Origin: Bacillota bacterium
GTDB taxonomy: Bacteria > Bacillota > DTU030
NCBI GenBank assembly: GCA_012842325.1
Contig: DUTA01000073.1
Coordinates: forward strand, 1 to 38,713
Direction of reading: 5' to 3'
DNA: 38,713 nt
A program made the position numbers and the translations under genes. Position 1 is the stretch's first letter. The number at the start of each line of letters is the position of its first letter. The notes under the pieces were generated by a model. That model searched no databases, was not told where the DNA came from, and was given only the letters and a program-made list of their open reading frames with translations. Below are positions 8,435-16,602 of this stretch, in pieces.

Positions 8435-10504
8435 TTAATTAATAATGCCATATTTGGTCAGTTTATAATATAGGCTGCGGATGGAAATGCCCAGGCGGCG
8501 GGCAGCTTCTGTTTTATTTCCCCCCGCATTTTTTAAAGCCCTCTGCAATGCCTCTTTTTCAGCCCGCTGGAGGGTGACCCGTAAAGCCTCAATGGTACCG
8601 GTTTGGTTTTCCCCGGAGGAAGGGACCGGATTGGACACCAGATATTGTTCTCCCCACTGCTGATGCAGGGGAGGCAGGTGGTGGGCCTTCATCACCTTTT
8701 CGTTAAAACGCATATTGATCATGGCCCGGCCAAAGACATTCTCCAGTTCCCGGACATTGCCCGGCCAATCGTAGTCCTGCAATATTTCTATGACCTTCGG
8801 CTCTACCGCCTCCACATTGCGCCCGTATTCCTGGTTAAATTTGCGCAGGAGATAATGGACCAGTTCGGGAATATCTTCTTTCCGCTGCCGCAGGGGAGGG
8901 ATGAAAATGGGCACAACGTTAATGCGATAGTAGAGATCCTCGCGGAAGAGGCCGTTTTTAACAGCCTTTTCCAGATCGGCATTGGTGGCGGCAATAATCC
9001 GCACATCGACGGGAATCGGCCGGGTGGATCCCACCCGCAGTATTTCCTTCTCCTGCAACACCCGCAGCAGCTTGGCCTGCAGGGCCGGACTGATTTCCAC
9101 AATTTCATCCAGGAGGATGGTACCCCCGTTGGCCTCTTCAAAGAGGCCGACCTTTCCCCCGCGCCGGGCCCCGGTGAAGGCTCCCCCTTCGTAGCCGAAA
9201 AGTTCGCTTTCCAGGATTGACTCGGCTATGGCCGAGCAGTTGACGCGAATGAACTGGCCCTTGCGCCGCCTGCTGGCGTTGTGAATGGCATGGGCAAAGA
9301 GCTCCTTGCCTGTTCCGCTCTCGCCGCGCAGCAGGACCGTTGCCGGCGTATCTGCTACCCGCTTGGCCTGCTCTACCGCCAGCCGCAGCTGGTAGCTGTT
9401 GCCGATGATATCATCAAAGGTATATTTGGCTTCCAGGTGCCGGATACGCCTTTTGGCGCGCTCCAATTCATCACTCAAGCGTTTGATTTCACTGATATCG
9501 TGGATTACCGCCACGCTGCCCTTCAGTTCCTTGTCCACCAGGATGGGGGCGACATTGACCAGGACCTCTCTTTTTTTGGGCCCCACCTTCATTACTGCCC
9601 CATGTACGGGCTTGCCCGTTTCCAGAACCTTCAGGTGCATGCTTTCTCCTTCAGCAATATCAACGGTGGGCGGTTTCCCCAGGACATCTTCCTCCACGAG
9701 GCCCGTAAGGCGGGTATAGGCGGGATTAATGAGAATCCCCTTCCCCTCCTTGTTGACAACGGAGATGGCATCCTGGGTCGAATTAATTATGGCTTTCAAT
9801 AATTGCTGTACTTCTTTCAAGTTGGCGATTTCCGCCGTCATCTTGTTAAGGTCGGTGACATCGCGGAAGATAACGGCTGCTCCTGCCGCGGCACCCCTCC
9901 CGGCAGCGAGGGGAATATAATTGCATAAAAGGGTTTTCTGCCCCAGGGTCTGCTGCTCCTTAAACACCGGCCGCCCCCTTTGCAGGGTCTGCTGCAGGCT
10001 GCCGGCAGGGAAGACAGCATCTGCCGGTTTATCCACGGCTTCTGCCGCCCGGATGCCGAGGATCTTTTCGGCCGCCGGGTTGAGCCTTTTGATCTTGCCC
10101 CCCAGATCAACTATGATAATTCCATCGTGGCAGGAATCTATAATTGCCTCCTGTTCGCCGGGGGGCAGGCTGAGCCCTTCCCCTCCCGGTGCCAATTTTT
10201 CCAGAAGGTCCAGAAAGATAAGGGCTCTTTCCTTATCCAGCCACAGGGGTTTAGGTTTTTGTGAATTGTTTACTTTCTCCCAATTCGTATTATTTCCGGC
10301 GGAGAAAATTAGATCTACCTCCTCCAGGGGGATGGCCTGCGGCTCTTCCACCACTGGTATACCCGCCTCCAGGACCGTCTTGTACTCAGCCTTCTTTCCC
10401 GAGGGGACTACTACTCCAATTATCTTTAACACCTTCAGGGGCAAACACCTCTGGATGAGGTCCAGAACTGTTTCCCCCCCATCCAGGAGCGCGATCCTCA
10501 ACAA
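8435..10504 (-). CDS. Sigma-54-dependent transcriptional activator (PAS-PAS-AAA+-HTH; BkdR-like by context)
   Basis: Walker [15 protein letters not shown] motif (YEGGAFTGA), C-terminal Fis-type HTH ([20 protein letters not shown]). TTG start with AAGGAGGGGGTGG 7 nt upstream. Confidence 0.9.
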   Translation of the reverse strand: MLRIALLDGGETVLDLIQRCLPLKVLKIIGVVVPSGKKAEYKTVLEAGIPVVEEPQAIPLEEVDLIFSAGNNTNWEKVNNSQKPKPLWLDKERALIFLDLLEKLAPGGEGLSLPPGEQEAIIDSCHDGIIIVDLGGKIKRLNPAAEKILGIRAAEAVDKPADAVFPAGSLQQTLQRGRPVFKEQQTLGQKTLLCNYIPLAAGRGAAAGAAVIFRDVTDLNKMTAEIANLKEVQQLLKAIINSTQDAISVVNKEGKGILINPAYTRLTGLVEEDVLGKPPTVDIAEGESMHLKVLETGKPVHGAVMKVGPKKREVLVNVAPILVDKELKGSVAVIHDISEIKRLSDELERAKRRIRHLEAKYTFDDIIGNSYQLRLAVEQAKRVADTPATVLLRGESGTGKELFAHAIHNASRRRKGQFIRVNCSAIAESILESELFGYEGGAFTGARRGGKVGLFEEANGGTILLDEIVEISPALQAKLLRVLQEKEILRVGSTRPIPVDVRIIAATNADLEKAVKNGLFREDLYYRINVVPIFIPPLRQRKEDIPELVHYLLRKFNQEYGRNVEAVEPKVIEILQDYDWPGNVRELENVFGRAMINMRFNEKVMKAHHLPPLHQQWGEQYLVSNPVPSSGENQTGTIEALRVTLQRAEKEALQRALKNAGGNKTEAARRLGISIRSLYYKLTKYGIIN

Positions 10505-10529
10505 GCGGCAGCCACCCCCTCCTTGGAAG

Positions 10530-11420
10530 CTAACGGTTAATTGTTGTATTCTCTGCTCCAGGGGAGGATTCCTCCTTCAGAGAGGGCTCCGGCCGGGGAT
10601 TACTTGGCCTGCCCAGGCCGTCGAGAACGTTTAAGACCGGTACGCCCGCAATTACCCTGGTTAGGGAGTATTTTTCGCAAAAGCAATGCAGGAGGACCAA
10701 CAATATTATCGCCAGTGTCCTTAGCCGCGCAGAGAGGGACCAGAGGAGGGCCAAACCGGCCACCCCTCCCAGGAGATTGGCTCCGGTATCCCCCAGCATT
10801 ACCTGCCCCTTGAGGTCAAAGGGAAAGTAGGCCAGGACTGCCCCGAGGACGGAATAAAGGAGAACAATGGGCCCCTTGCCGCCGCTGGCAAGGAAGGCCA
10901 GGGCCATAAGGAACAAAAAAGCCTTGACAGCCCGGCCCGGCCGCAGATCCAGGAGGTTCAGGGCATTGCTGGACAGGCTCAGGAGAATCCCGCCCTGGAA
11001 GAAGGTTAAGAAAGAATCGGCCAGCAGCAGGGAAACAAAAAAAGCCCCGGCCAGCCCTCCGACCCCCTTGAGGAGGCCCGTACTGAGGCTGCCCTGCGAG
11101 AGAAGAAAAGACAGGTGGCCCCGCAGGCCCTTCACCTTCTCCCGTCCGGCCACATCGTCCAGCAGTCCCAGGAGGCTGAGGAGGACAAGGAAAAAAAGAA
11201 AGGCCAGCCCTTCCCTTTCCCAGTCCGGCCAATAAAAGGGCAGGGTGGTGATGAGGGTTAAAGCGGAAGCAAAGAGAATAATAATACCCATCCCCAGGGG
11301 TATCCTCTCCCCCCGGTAGTTTTCCCCCACCACCCCTCCCCGGGCCAACAGTTCGGAAAAGGCGGGAAACAGGAGCCAGGTAAGGAGATAAGAATAGAGG
11401 CAGAGCCACATGGTTTGCAC
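10530..11420 (-). CDS. MraY/WecA-family (GT4) polyprenyl-phosphate sugar-1-phosphate transferase-like membrane protein
   Basis: Polytopic membrane protein with the motifs [20 protein letters not shown] and [12 protein letters not shown] start at 11420 (an ATG at 11411 is an alternative), 9 nt after the GT2 stop. Confidence 0.7.
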   Translation of the reverse strand: MQTMWLCLYSYLLTWLLFPAFSELLARGGVVGENYRGERIPLGMGIIILFASALTLITTLPFYWPDWEREGLAFLFFLVLLSLLGLLDDVAGREKVKGLRGHLSFLLSQGSLSTGLLKGVGGLAGAFFVSLLLADSFLTFFQGGILLSLSSNALNLLDLRPGRAVKAFLFLMALAFLASGGKGPIVLLYSVLGAVLAYFPFDLKGQVMLGDTGANLLGGVAGLALLWSLSARLRTLAIILLVLLHCFCEKYSLTRVIAGVPVLNVLDGLGRPSNPRPEPSLKEESSPGAENTTINR

Positions 11421-11429
11421 CGACCTCCT

Positions 11430-12104
11430 TTACCCTTCCCAAAAAAGGCGGGCCAGGGCCTGGAGAATATGCCAGAATTGCCGGGCCCGATGGCGGATCC
11501 CCTGCCCATTCCAACCTGTCACAGCATGGGACATGGCAACCGTTATTTCCTGGATCCGCAAGCCCCGGCGGACAGCCCGCACGTTAAAGCCCACCTCGAC
11601 CCCAAAGCCGGGGAGCGGGGGTCCTATGGACTGCAGGGCCTTCTTCGTCAATGCCCGCTGCCCCGAGAGGGGGGCCTGCATCTTCATTCCGGTAAGGAGC
11701 CAGGTGCCATAGCGGGCAAGGGCCAGGGCCAGGCCAAAGCCGGCCTTCGTCCTGGGCAGAGGAAAGGAGGCGACGGTCATATCTGCCGTTCCAGCCAGGA
11801 GGGGCTTTACCAGCAGGCTCCCCTGGGCCGCCGTCCGACCCAGATCAGCATCCAAAAGGAGGATAATGTCCTGCCCCGCGGCCTCTATACCCCTGGCCAG
11901 GGCCTTTCCTTTACCCTGATTGCAGGGCAGGGCTATAACCCGGGCTCCCGCCGCCCTGGCCCTTTCCCCGGTGTCGTCGGCAGAACCATCGTCGACGACG
12001 ATTACTTCCTTCACCCCCGGGATAGTGCGGGCAGCCATGACTGTGGCTGCGATTAGCCGGCTTTCATTGTAGGCCGGAATAACAACACTGATCCCCTTCT
12101 TCAA
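11430..12104 (-). CDS. Family-2 glycosyltransferase (polyprenyl-phosphate glycosyltransferase-like)
   Basis: ISVVIPAYNE...VVDDGSADDT...LLLDADL. The ORF-track start (GTG at 12131) has no RBS. The TTG at 12104 has AGGTGG 7 nt upstream and overlaps the upstream stop as TTGA. Confidence 0.8.
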   Translation of the reverse strand: MKKGISVVIPAYNESRLIAATVMAARTIPGVKEVIVVDDGSADDTGERARAAGARVIALPCNQGKGKALARGIEAAGQDIILLLDADLGRTAAQGSLLVKPLLAGTADMTVASFPLPRTKAGFGLALALARYGTWLLTGMKMQAPLSGQRALTKKALQSIGPPLPGFGVEVGFNVRAVRRGLRIQEITVAMSHAVTGWNGQGIRHRARQFWHILQALARLFWEG

Positions 12105-12991
12105 TTTTCCCCCACCTGCATTCGGAGCCACTGGAGGGGCAAGAGCTCATCTGCTTCCTCACCGGGACCGAAATGTCCCTCCTGGGCGCCGGTGAGGAGG
12201 TGATAGAGGCTGAGGCGTCCGGCCGCCGTGTCCAGATGGCCGATGGTGGAAACTCCCTCCCGCCTGTACTGCACCAGCCTGGAGCCCGGCCCGACCCTTG
12301 TCCCCACAATAACCCGCACCCCCTCCTGCAACCAGGCTTCTATCAGCAGGTTATCCAGCCTGTCAATCCTGGCGGGCTTCCCTTCCCCTTCCCCGCCGAT
12401 GAGCAGGACCACCTCGACACCGGCCGCCGGTGAACCGGAAAGGGTGAGAAATCCCCTGGCCGCCAGCTGCTCTAGCAAGTCCGTGGTCCTGGTCCCGGTG
12501 ACGGCCCCCGCCAGGTATGAAACCAGTTCCTGCCATTTCTGCTCGGACAGGCTGCCGTCCCTTCTCCCCTGGATGATTTCCTGCAGGGCTTCATTCTCCG
12601 GGGCAAGGCCCTCGGCTATGGTGCAGGAAGCGGCCACAGCAAAACCCCACTGCTGCAAATAATGAGTCAGGTGAGAAGCCAACTCCCGGTCACCGGTGTC
12701 GACAATGACAAGCCGGGCCCGGGAAGTTGTTTTTTCCCCGAGGAGGGAAAGGGTAAGATCTTCGAACATCCGGTTTGTTTCTTCCCACACCTGAAAGAGG
12801 CGGAACTGTTCCTGGAGAGAACGGTTCTCCTCCTGGACTTTGGAGAAATTCTGCCGCAATTGTTCTATAACTTCCTGCTGCTGGGCAATGACCAGATCAT
12901 TGCCGAGGAGGGCATTGCCAATGAAGATGCCCAGGGTCAGGGACAAAAAGACAGCGGTGATGGTTATAATATAATATCTCAGATCAAACAA
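12101..12991 (-). CDS. DUF3186 / 'copper transporter' (MctB-like) family membrane-anchored protein
   Basis: N-terminal TM segment (YYIITITAVFLSLTLGIFIG), then a coiled coil (QQQEVIEQLRQNFSKVQEENRSLQEQ). TTG start with GTGGGGGAAG upstream. It sits directly after steA, as in other genomes (from memory). Confidence 0.55.
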   Translation of the reverse strand: MFDLRYYIITITAVFLSLTLGIFIGNALLGNDLVIAQQQEVIEQLRQNFSKVQEENRSLQEQFRLFQVWEETNRMFEDLTLSLLGEKTTSRARLVIVDTGDRELASHLTHYLQQWGFAVAASCTIAEGLAPENEALQEIIQGRRDGSLSEQKWQELVSYLAGAVTGTRTTDLLEQLAARGFLTLSGSPAAGVEVVLLIGGEGEGKPARIDRLDNLLIEAWLQEGVRVIVGTRVGPGSRLVQYRREGVSTIGHLDTAAGRLSLYHLLTGAQEGHFGPGEEADELLPLQWLRMQVGEN

Positions 12992-13008
12992 TCTCTTCTT
13001 CCCCCACT

Positions 13009-14130
13009 CTACAGGCCGACCAGCAGGCGAATTTTAAGGAGCATGAGCTGCAAGAAGTACTGAATGCGGGTGGAGGCCAGCACTGTCACCAGGAAGGGAA
13101 AAAGGCCGGCCAGGAAGACACAGCCCAGGTAGGATAACTTGAGGGAGCCCCGATACAGCTGGCTGACCCCCCTGGCATCCACCAGAATAGGGCCGACCTT
13201 AAGTCTTACCAGCAGGGTGCTGGCCATACCCTGCCTTCCCTTTTCCAGAAAGTCGATCAGGTTGGAATGAAGACCCACAGCTACGATCAGCTCTGCCCCC
13301 TGCTCATAGGCCAGCAACAGGGCGGCATCCTCACTGGTACCCGGGACCGGAAAAAGGAGGGCCGGGAGCTTCAGCTTCCTGATCCGCGCCAGGCCAGGGG
13401 CATGGCCGTTTTTATAAGCATGGACGACGAGGACGGCCCCACAGGCCAGAACCCGGTCGGAGACGCTGTCCATATCCCCGATAATTATATGGGGGGTATA
13501 GCCCAGTTCCAGCAAAGCGTCTCCGCCCCCGTCGACCCCAATCAGAACCGGCTTCTTCTCCGCAATGTAGGACCGGATGGCAGCCAAATCTTCCCGGTAA
13601 TTGTGCCCCCGGGCAACTACCAGGACATGCTTACCTTTTATTTTTACCGGCAGTTCCGGCACCGGGATTTTCCCCAAAAAAACTTCCTTTTCCCGGGCGG
13701 CATAGATTAGGGTGTTGTTGACAAACTGATCCATTTCCCGGACTAGATTGGCTCGTCCCTGCTCCAGGCGCTGGTGCACCGTCGTGGCATCCAGGAACTC
13801 CCCCCGGGCGATCAATTTTTTTCCCCGGTAAATATAGGATCCCCTGATGGTGATCCTATCCCCTTCCCGCAGCTGGTTGAATACATCTTCCCCCACATTG
13901 TCGATAATGGGAATGCGGGCCTGCAGTAATTTTTCCGGCCCCCGGTTGGGGTATCTCCCGCTTATGGAGGAATAGGCATTGATGACTGCCTTGACCCGGG
14001 CCCGCAGGAGGCTGTTGGCCGCCACTTCATCCAGGTCCCGGTGGGCAATCACGGCAATATCTTCGGGCTGAAGGCGGCGGGCGAGTCTCTTTGTCATCCG
14101 ATCCAGGCGCACAATACCCTCCAGGGGCAA
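13009..14130 (-). CDS. steA: SteA-family putative cytokinetic-ring protein
   Basis: GIVRLDRMTKRLARRLQPEDIAVIAHRDLDEVAANSLLRARVKAVINAYSSISGRYPNRGP matches the SteA N-terminal signature as I recall it. It has a C-terminal TM segment and a TTG start with AAAGGGGGTGG upstream. Confidence 0.75.
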   Translation of the reverse strand: MPLEGIVRLDRMTKRLARRLQPEDIAVIAHRDLDEVAANSLLRARVKAVINAYSSISGRYPNRGPEKLLQARIPIIDNVGEDVFNQLREGDRITIRGSYIYRGKKLIARGEFLDATTVHQRLEQGRANLVREMDQFVNNTLIYAAREKEVFLGKIPVPELPVKIKGKHVLVVARGHNYREDLAAIRSYIAEKKPVLIGVDGGGDALLELGYTPHIIIGDMDSVSDRVLACGAVLVVHAYKNGHAPGLARIRKLKLPALLFPVPGTSEDAALLLAYEQGAELIVAVGLHSNLIDFLEKGRQGMASTLLVRLKVGPILVDARGVSQLYRGSLKLSYLGCVFLAGLFPFLVTVLASTRIQYFLQLMLLKIRLLVGL

Positions 14131-14210
14131 GTCACCACCCCCTTTCCCTGGCCATCTTCTACATCTAGTATGAACCAGCAGGCAAGAAAAATGTAGGAAA
14201 AGAGCCGAGA

Positions 14211-14239
14211 AAGCAAAAGAAAAAGGGGGAAGTGCCCCC
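14211..14239 (-). terminator. Weak rho-independent terminator after spo0A
   Basis: Minus strand: GGGGG-CACTT-CCCCC followed by TTTTTCTTTTGC. The stem is only 5 bp. Confidence 0.4.
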
Positions 14240-14247
14240 GTCCTTGC

Positions 14248-15015
14248 TCAGCCCACTTTATGTTCCATGCGGAGTTTGTCGGCAATCATGGCGATAAATT
14301 CCGAATTGGTCGGTTTTCCCCGCTCCAGATCAATTGTATAGCCAAAAAGATTGGTTATGGTCTCAACATTCCCCCTGCTCCAGGCAACTTCAATGGCATG
14401 GCGAATAGCCCGCTCGACCCGGCTGGCCGTGGTGTTGTATTTTTCGGCAATCATGGGGTACAGTTCTTTCGTGACCGCACCCAGGAGCTCCATCTCATTT
14501 ATTACCATTAAGATGGCTTCCCGAAGATAGAGATAACCCTTTATATGGGCCGGTACTCCCAGCTGGTGGATAATATTGGTCACTTCCATATCCAGGCTCC
14601 GGACCCGCTGGGGAGCAATGGGCTTTGTCAGCTGTTCATTGGCGGCCAACTGCCGGATCCTGCTCGCCAGGACATCCAGGCTGAAGGGTTTTAAGATATA
14701 ATAGTCTGCGCCCAGGGCAACGACCCGCTGGGTTATACTTTCCTGGCCAAAGGCCGTTAACATGATTATTTTGGGCCGGCGGGGCATGTCCATGGTTGCC
14801 AGTTTTTCCAGGACGCCTATGCCATCGAGATGGGGCATGATAATATCCAGAATGAGGACGTCGGGTACAGTTTCCTCAAGGAGTTCTATTACCCTTTCCC
14901 CGTTGTAGGCTACTCCTTCCACCTTTAAATCAGGTTGCCCATCGATGTACTCGCAGACCAGATCACAGAACTCTTTGTTGTCATCGGCTAACATTACCGA
15001 AATATGTTTTTGCAA
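14248..15015 (-). CDS. spo0A: Sporulation master regulator Spo0A
   Basis: Receiver domain (ADDN...[12 protein letters not shown]) plus the Spo0A-specific C-terminal domain ([19 protein letters not shown]...[16 protein letters not shown]). TTG start with AGGGGTGA about 6 nt upstream. Confidence 0.97.
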   Translation of the reverse strand: MQKHISVMLADDNKEFCDLVCEYIDGQPDLKVEGVAYNGERVIELLEETVPDVLILDIIMPHLDGIGVLEKLATMDMPRRPKIIMLTAFGQESITQRVVALGADYYILKPFSLDVLASRIRQLAANEQLTKPIAPQRVRSLDMEVTNIIHQLGVPAHIKGYLYLREAILMVINEMELLGAVTKELYPMIAEKYNTTASRVERAIRHAIEVAWSRGNVETITNLFGYTIDLERGKPTNSEFIAMIADKLRMEHKVG

Positions 15016-16427
15016 GCCTCATCACCCCTTTTTTTATTTTCTTGTATATTCTGGCAGATATTAAGATAATCCTGCCTGAAAAATAAAAAACTGGAAAAAA
15101 TTCGCAAATCGCCCCTGGCCTGGGCCAGGGGCGATATCCCCAGTTCATACAGCATCCACTCGGCGAAAACGCCGTAACCGCGGGCGGGATCGTTGACAAA
15201 AACGTGGGTGACGACCCCAACCAGCTTGTTGTCTTTAATGATGGGACTTCCGCTCATGCCCTGGATAATACCACCTGTTCTCTGAAGAAGCCCGGGATCC
15301 GTAATTCTTATTACCATACCCTTGTTGGTGGGATTATTTTGACTAAAGACCCGTTCAATTTCAATGGTATAGCTTTCGATTTTGTCGTCCTCAAGAACCG
15401 TCAAGATTTTTGCGGGTCCGGGGGTCACCTGGGAAGCGAGGGCAACAGGGATCCCATCCGGGTAATAGGGATTTTCTATCTGTTCATACAGGGTGCCGAA
15501 GATGCCGAATTCGGTATTTTTTTCAATGTCCCCGAGTATATCCTCCTCGGCAGTAAAAACGCCAATTTTCTCCCCCGGCAGCCCCTTGACGCCCTTTTGT
15601 ATTCCCGACACGACCGCCTTTACCACCGTTCCTTCTTCAACATTGAGGGGTTGATTGGTTTCGACGTCGGTAATCACATGGCCAAGGGCCCCGTAACGCC
15701 CCGATTCGGGATGATAGAAGGAAAGGGTGCCCACACCGTTGGCGCCATCGCGAACATAGAGGCCAATCCGGTAGCGTCCAGTTTCCCGGCATAAAACCGG
15801 CTCAATTTCAGATACGAAAACTGTCTCTCCCCGCTTGTATTCGATAGTAATTTTTTCCCCCTGCCGGCCGCACTCATCGACCACTTCGGCCAGATGTACC
15901 ACATTTTTTATCTTTTCCCCATTAACCCTGAGTATGGTGTCTCCTACGGTAATGCCAGCTTCCTGGGCCGGATTCTTGGTGGTGGTGCCCGGCTCACCGA
16001 TGGCCGCCAGGCCGATTACGATGACCCCATGGGAGAGAAGTAAAACGCCGATGGAATGACCCCCGGGGATTACCTTGACCGGCGGGAGGACATTTACCAC
16101 CATCCTTTTTACCGGAACGCCAAAAAAAAGTAACTCGACTTCTACTTCTCCCCGCTTAAGCGGTTCCACTTCCAGAGGTGCGCCCAAATTGACCTTTGCC
16201 ACCTGCGGCGAGAGGGGCAGGCCGTTGAGGTTGATAACTCCTTCCCGATCCGATCTTATATAGACATTGACGGGAAAACCGATATAAAAATTCTGTGTTT
16301 CCCCTTCCAAAAGCTGCAGGACCTCGGGCAGGGTTACCAAGGCCTTGAATTGCGGAGTCAGGGAGATGCCGATAATGAGCAGGGAGAGAAGAACACCGAC
16401 AATTTTGCGGCGGTTTTCCCCTGGCAA
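14994..16427 (-). CDS. spoIVB: SpoIVB signalling serine peptidase (S55, PDZ-containing)
   Basis: PDZ region ([16 protein letters not shown]) and peptidase region ([18 protein letters not shown]...GMSGSPII). TTG start at 16427 (uncertain). The frame continues about 46 codons past the conserved end and stops inside spo0A. Confidence 0.9.
   Translation of the reverse strand: MPGENRRKIVGVLLSLLIIGISLTPQFKALVTLPEVLQLLEGETQNFYIGFPVNVYIRSDREGVINLNGLPLSPQVAKVNLGAPLEVEPLKRGEVEVELLFFGVPVKRMVVNVLPPVKVIPGGHSIGVLLLSHGVIVIGLAAIGEPGTTTKNPAQEAGITVGDTILRVNGEKIKNVVHLAEVVDECGRQGEKITIEYKRGETVFVSEIEPVLCRETGRYRIGLYVRDGANGVGTLSFYHPESGRYGALGHVITDVETNQPLNVEEGTVVKAVVSGIQKGVKGLPGEKIGVFTAEEDILGDIEKNTEFGIFGTLYEQIENPYYPDGIPVALASQVTPGPAKILTVLEDDKIESYTIEIERVFSQNNPTNKGMVIRITDPGLLQRTGGIIQGMSGSPIIKDNKLVGVVTHVFVNDPARGYGVFAEWMLYELGISPLAQARGDLRIFSSFLFFRQDYLNICQNIQENKKRGDEACKNIFR
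15048..15073 (-). promoter_or_regulatory. Sigma-H-type promoter for spo0A (AGGATTA-N14-AGAAT)
   Basis: Minus strand reads GCAGGATTATCTTAATATCTGCCAGAATAT, which matches the AGGAWWT-N12-14-RGAAT consensus. The -10 ends 32 nt before the spo0A TTG. Confidence 0.45.
15108..15135 (-). terminator. Terminator-like GC-rich hairpin at the functional 3' end of spoIVB
   Basis: ATCGCCCCTGGCC-CA-GGCCAGGGGCGAT (13-nt arms) followed by TTGCGAATTTTTTCCAGTTTTTTATTTTT. It lies inside the open spoIVB frame. Confidence 0.45.
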
Positions 16428-16576
16428 CAGCCCATCACATCCCTTCCTTCACTCCCTTCACCCGGATCCCTGTTCTGAATATACTATTTCCTGAACGGTA
16501 ACCATTTATAATGAAATTCTTTGTTGTTTAAGTTAATGCAAACCAATTTAACCAATTTAAAATAATTTTCCAAGGC

Positions 16577-16602
16577 AAAAAAAAAGCGGGTTCAAAACCC
16601 GC
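16577..16602 (-). terminator. Rho-independent terminator of recN
   Basis: Minus strand: GCGGGTT-TTG-AACCCGC followed by T9. The stem includes the recN TGA stop. Confidence 0.75.

Noticed and set aside
16428-16576. Attempt to place a sigma-F/sigma-G promoter for spoIVB (for example GCATT...CATTATA)
   Set aside because: The best-looking -35/-10 pairs have wrong spacing (21 nt) or several mismatches. I could not support a call from the sequence alone.
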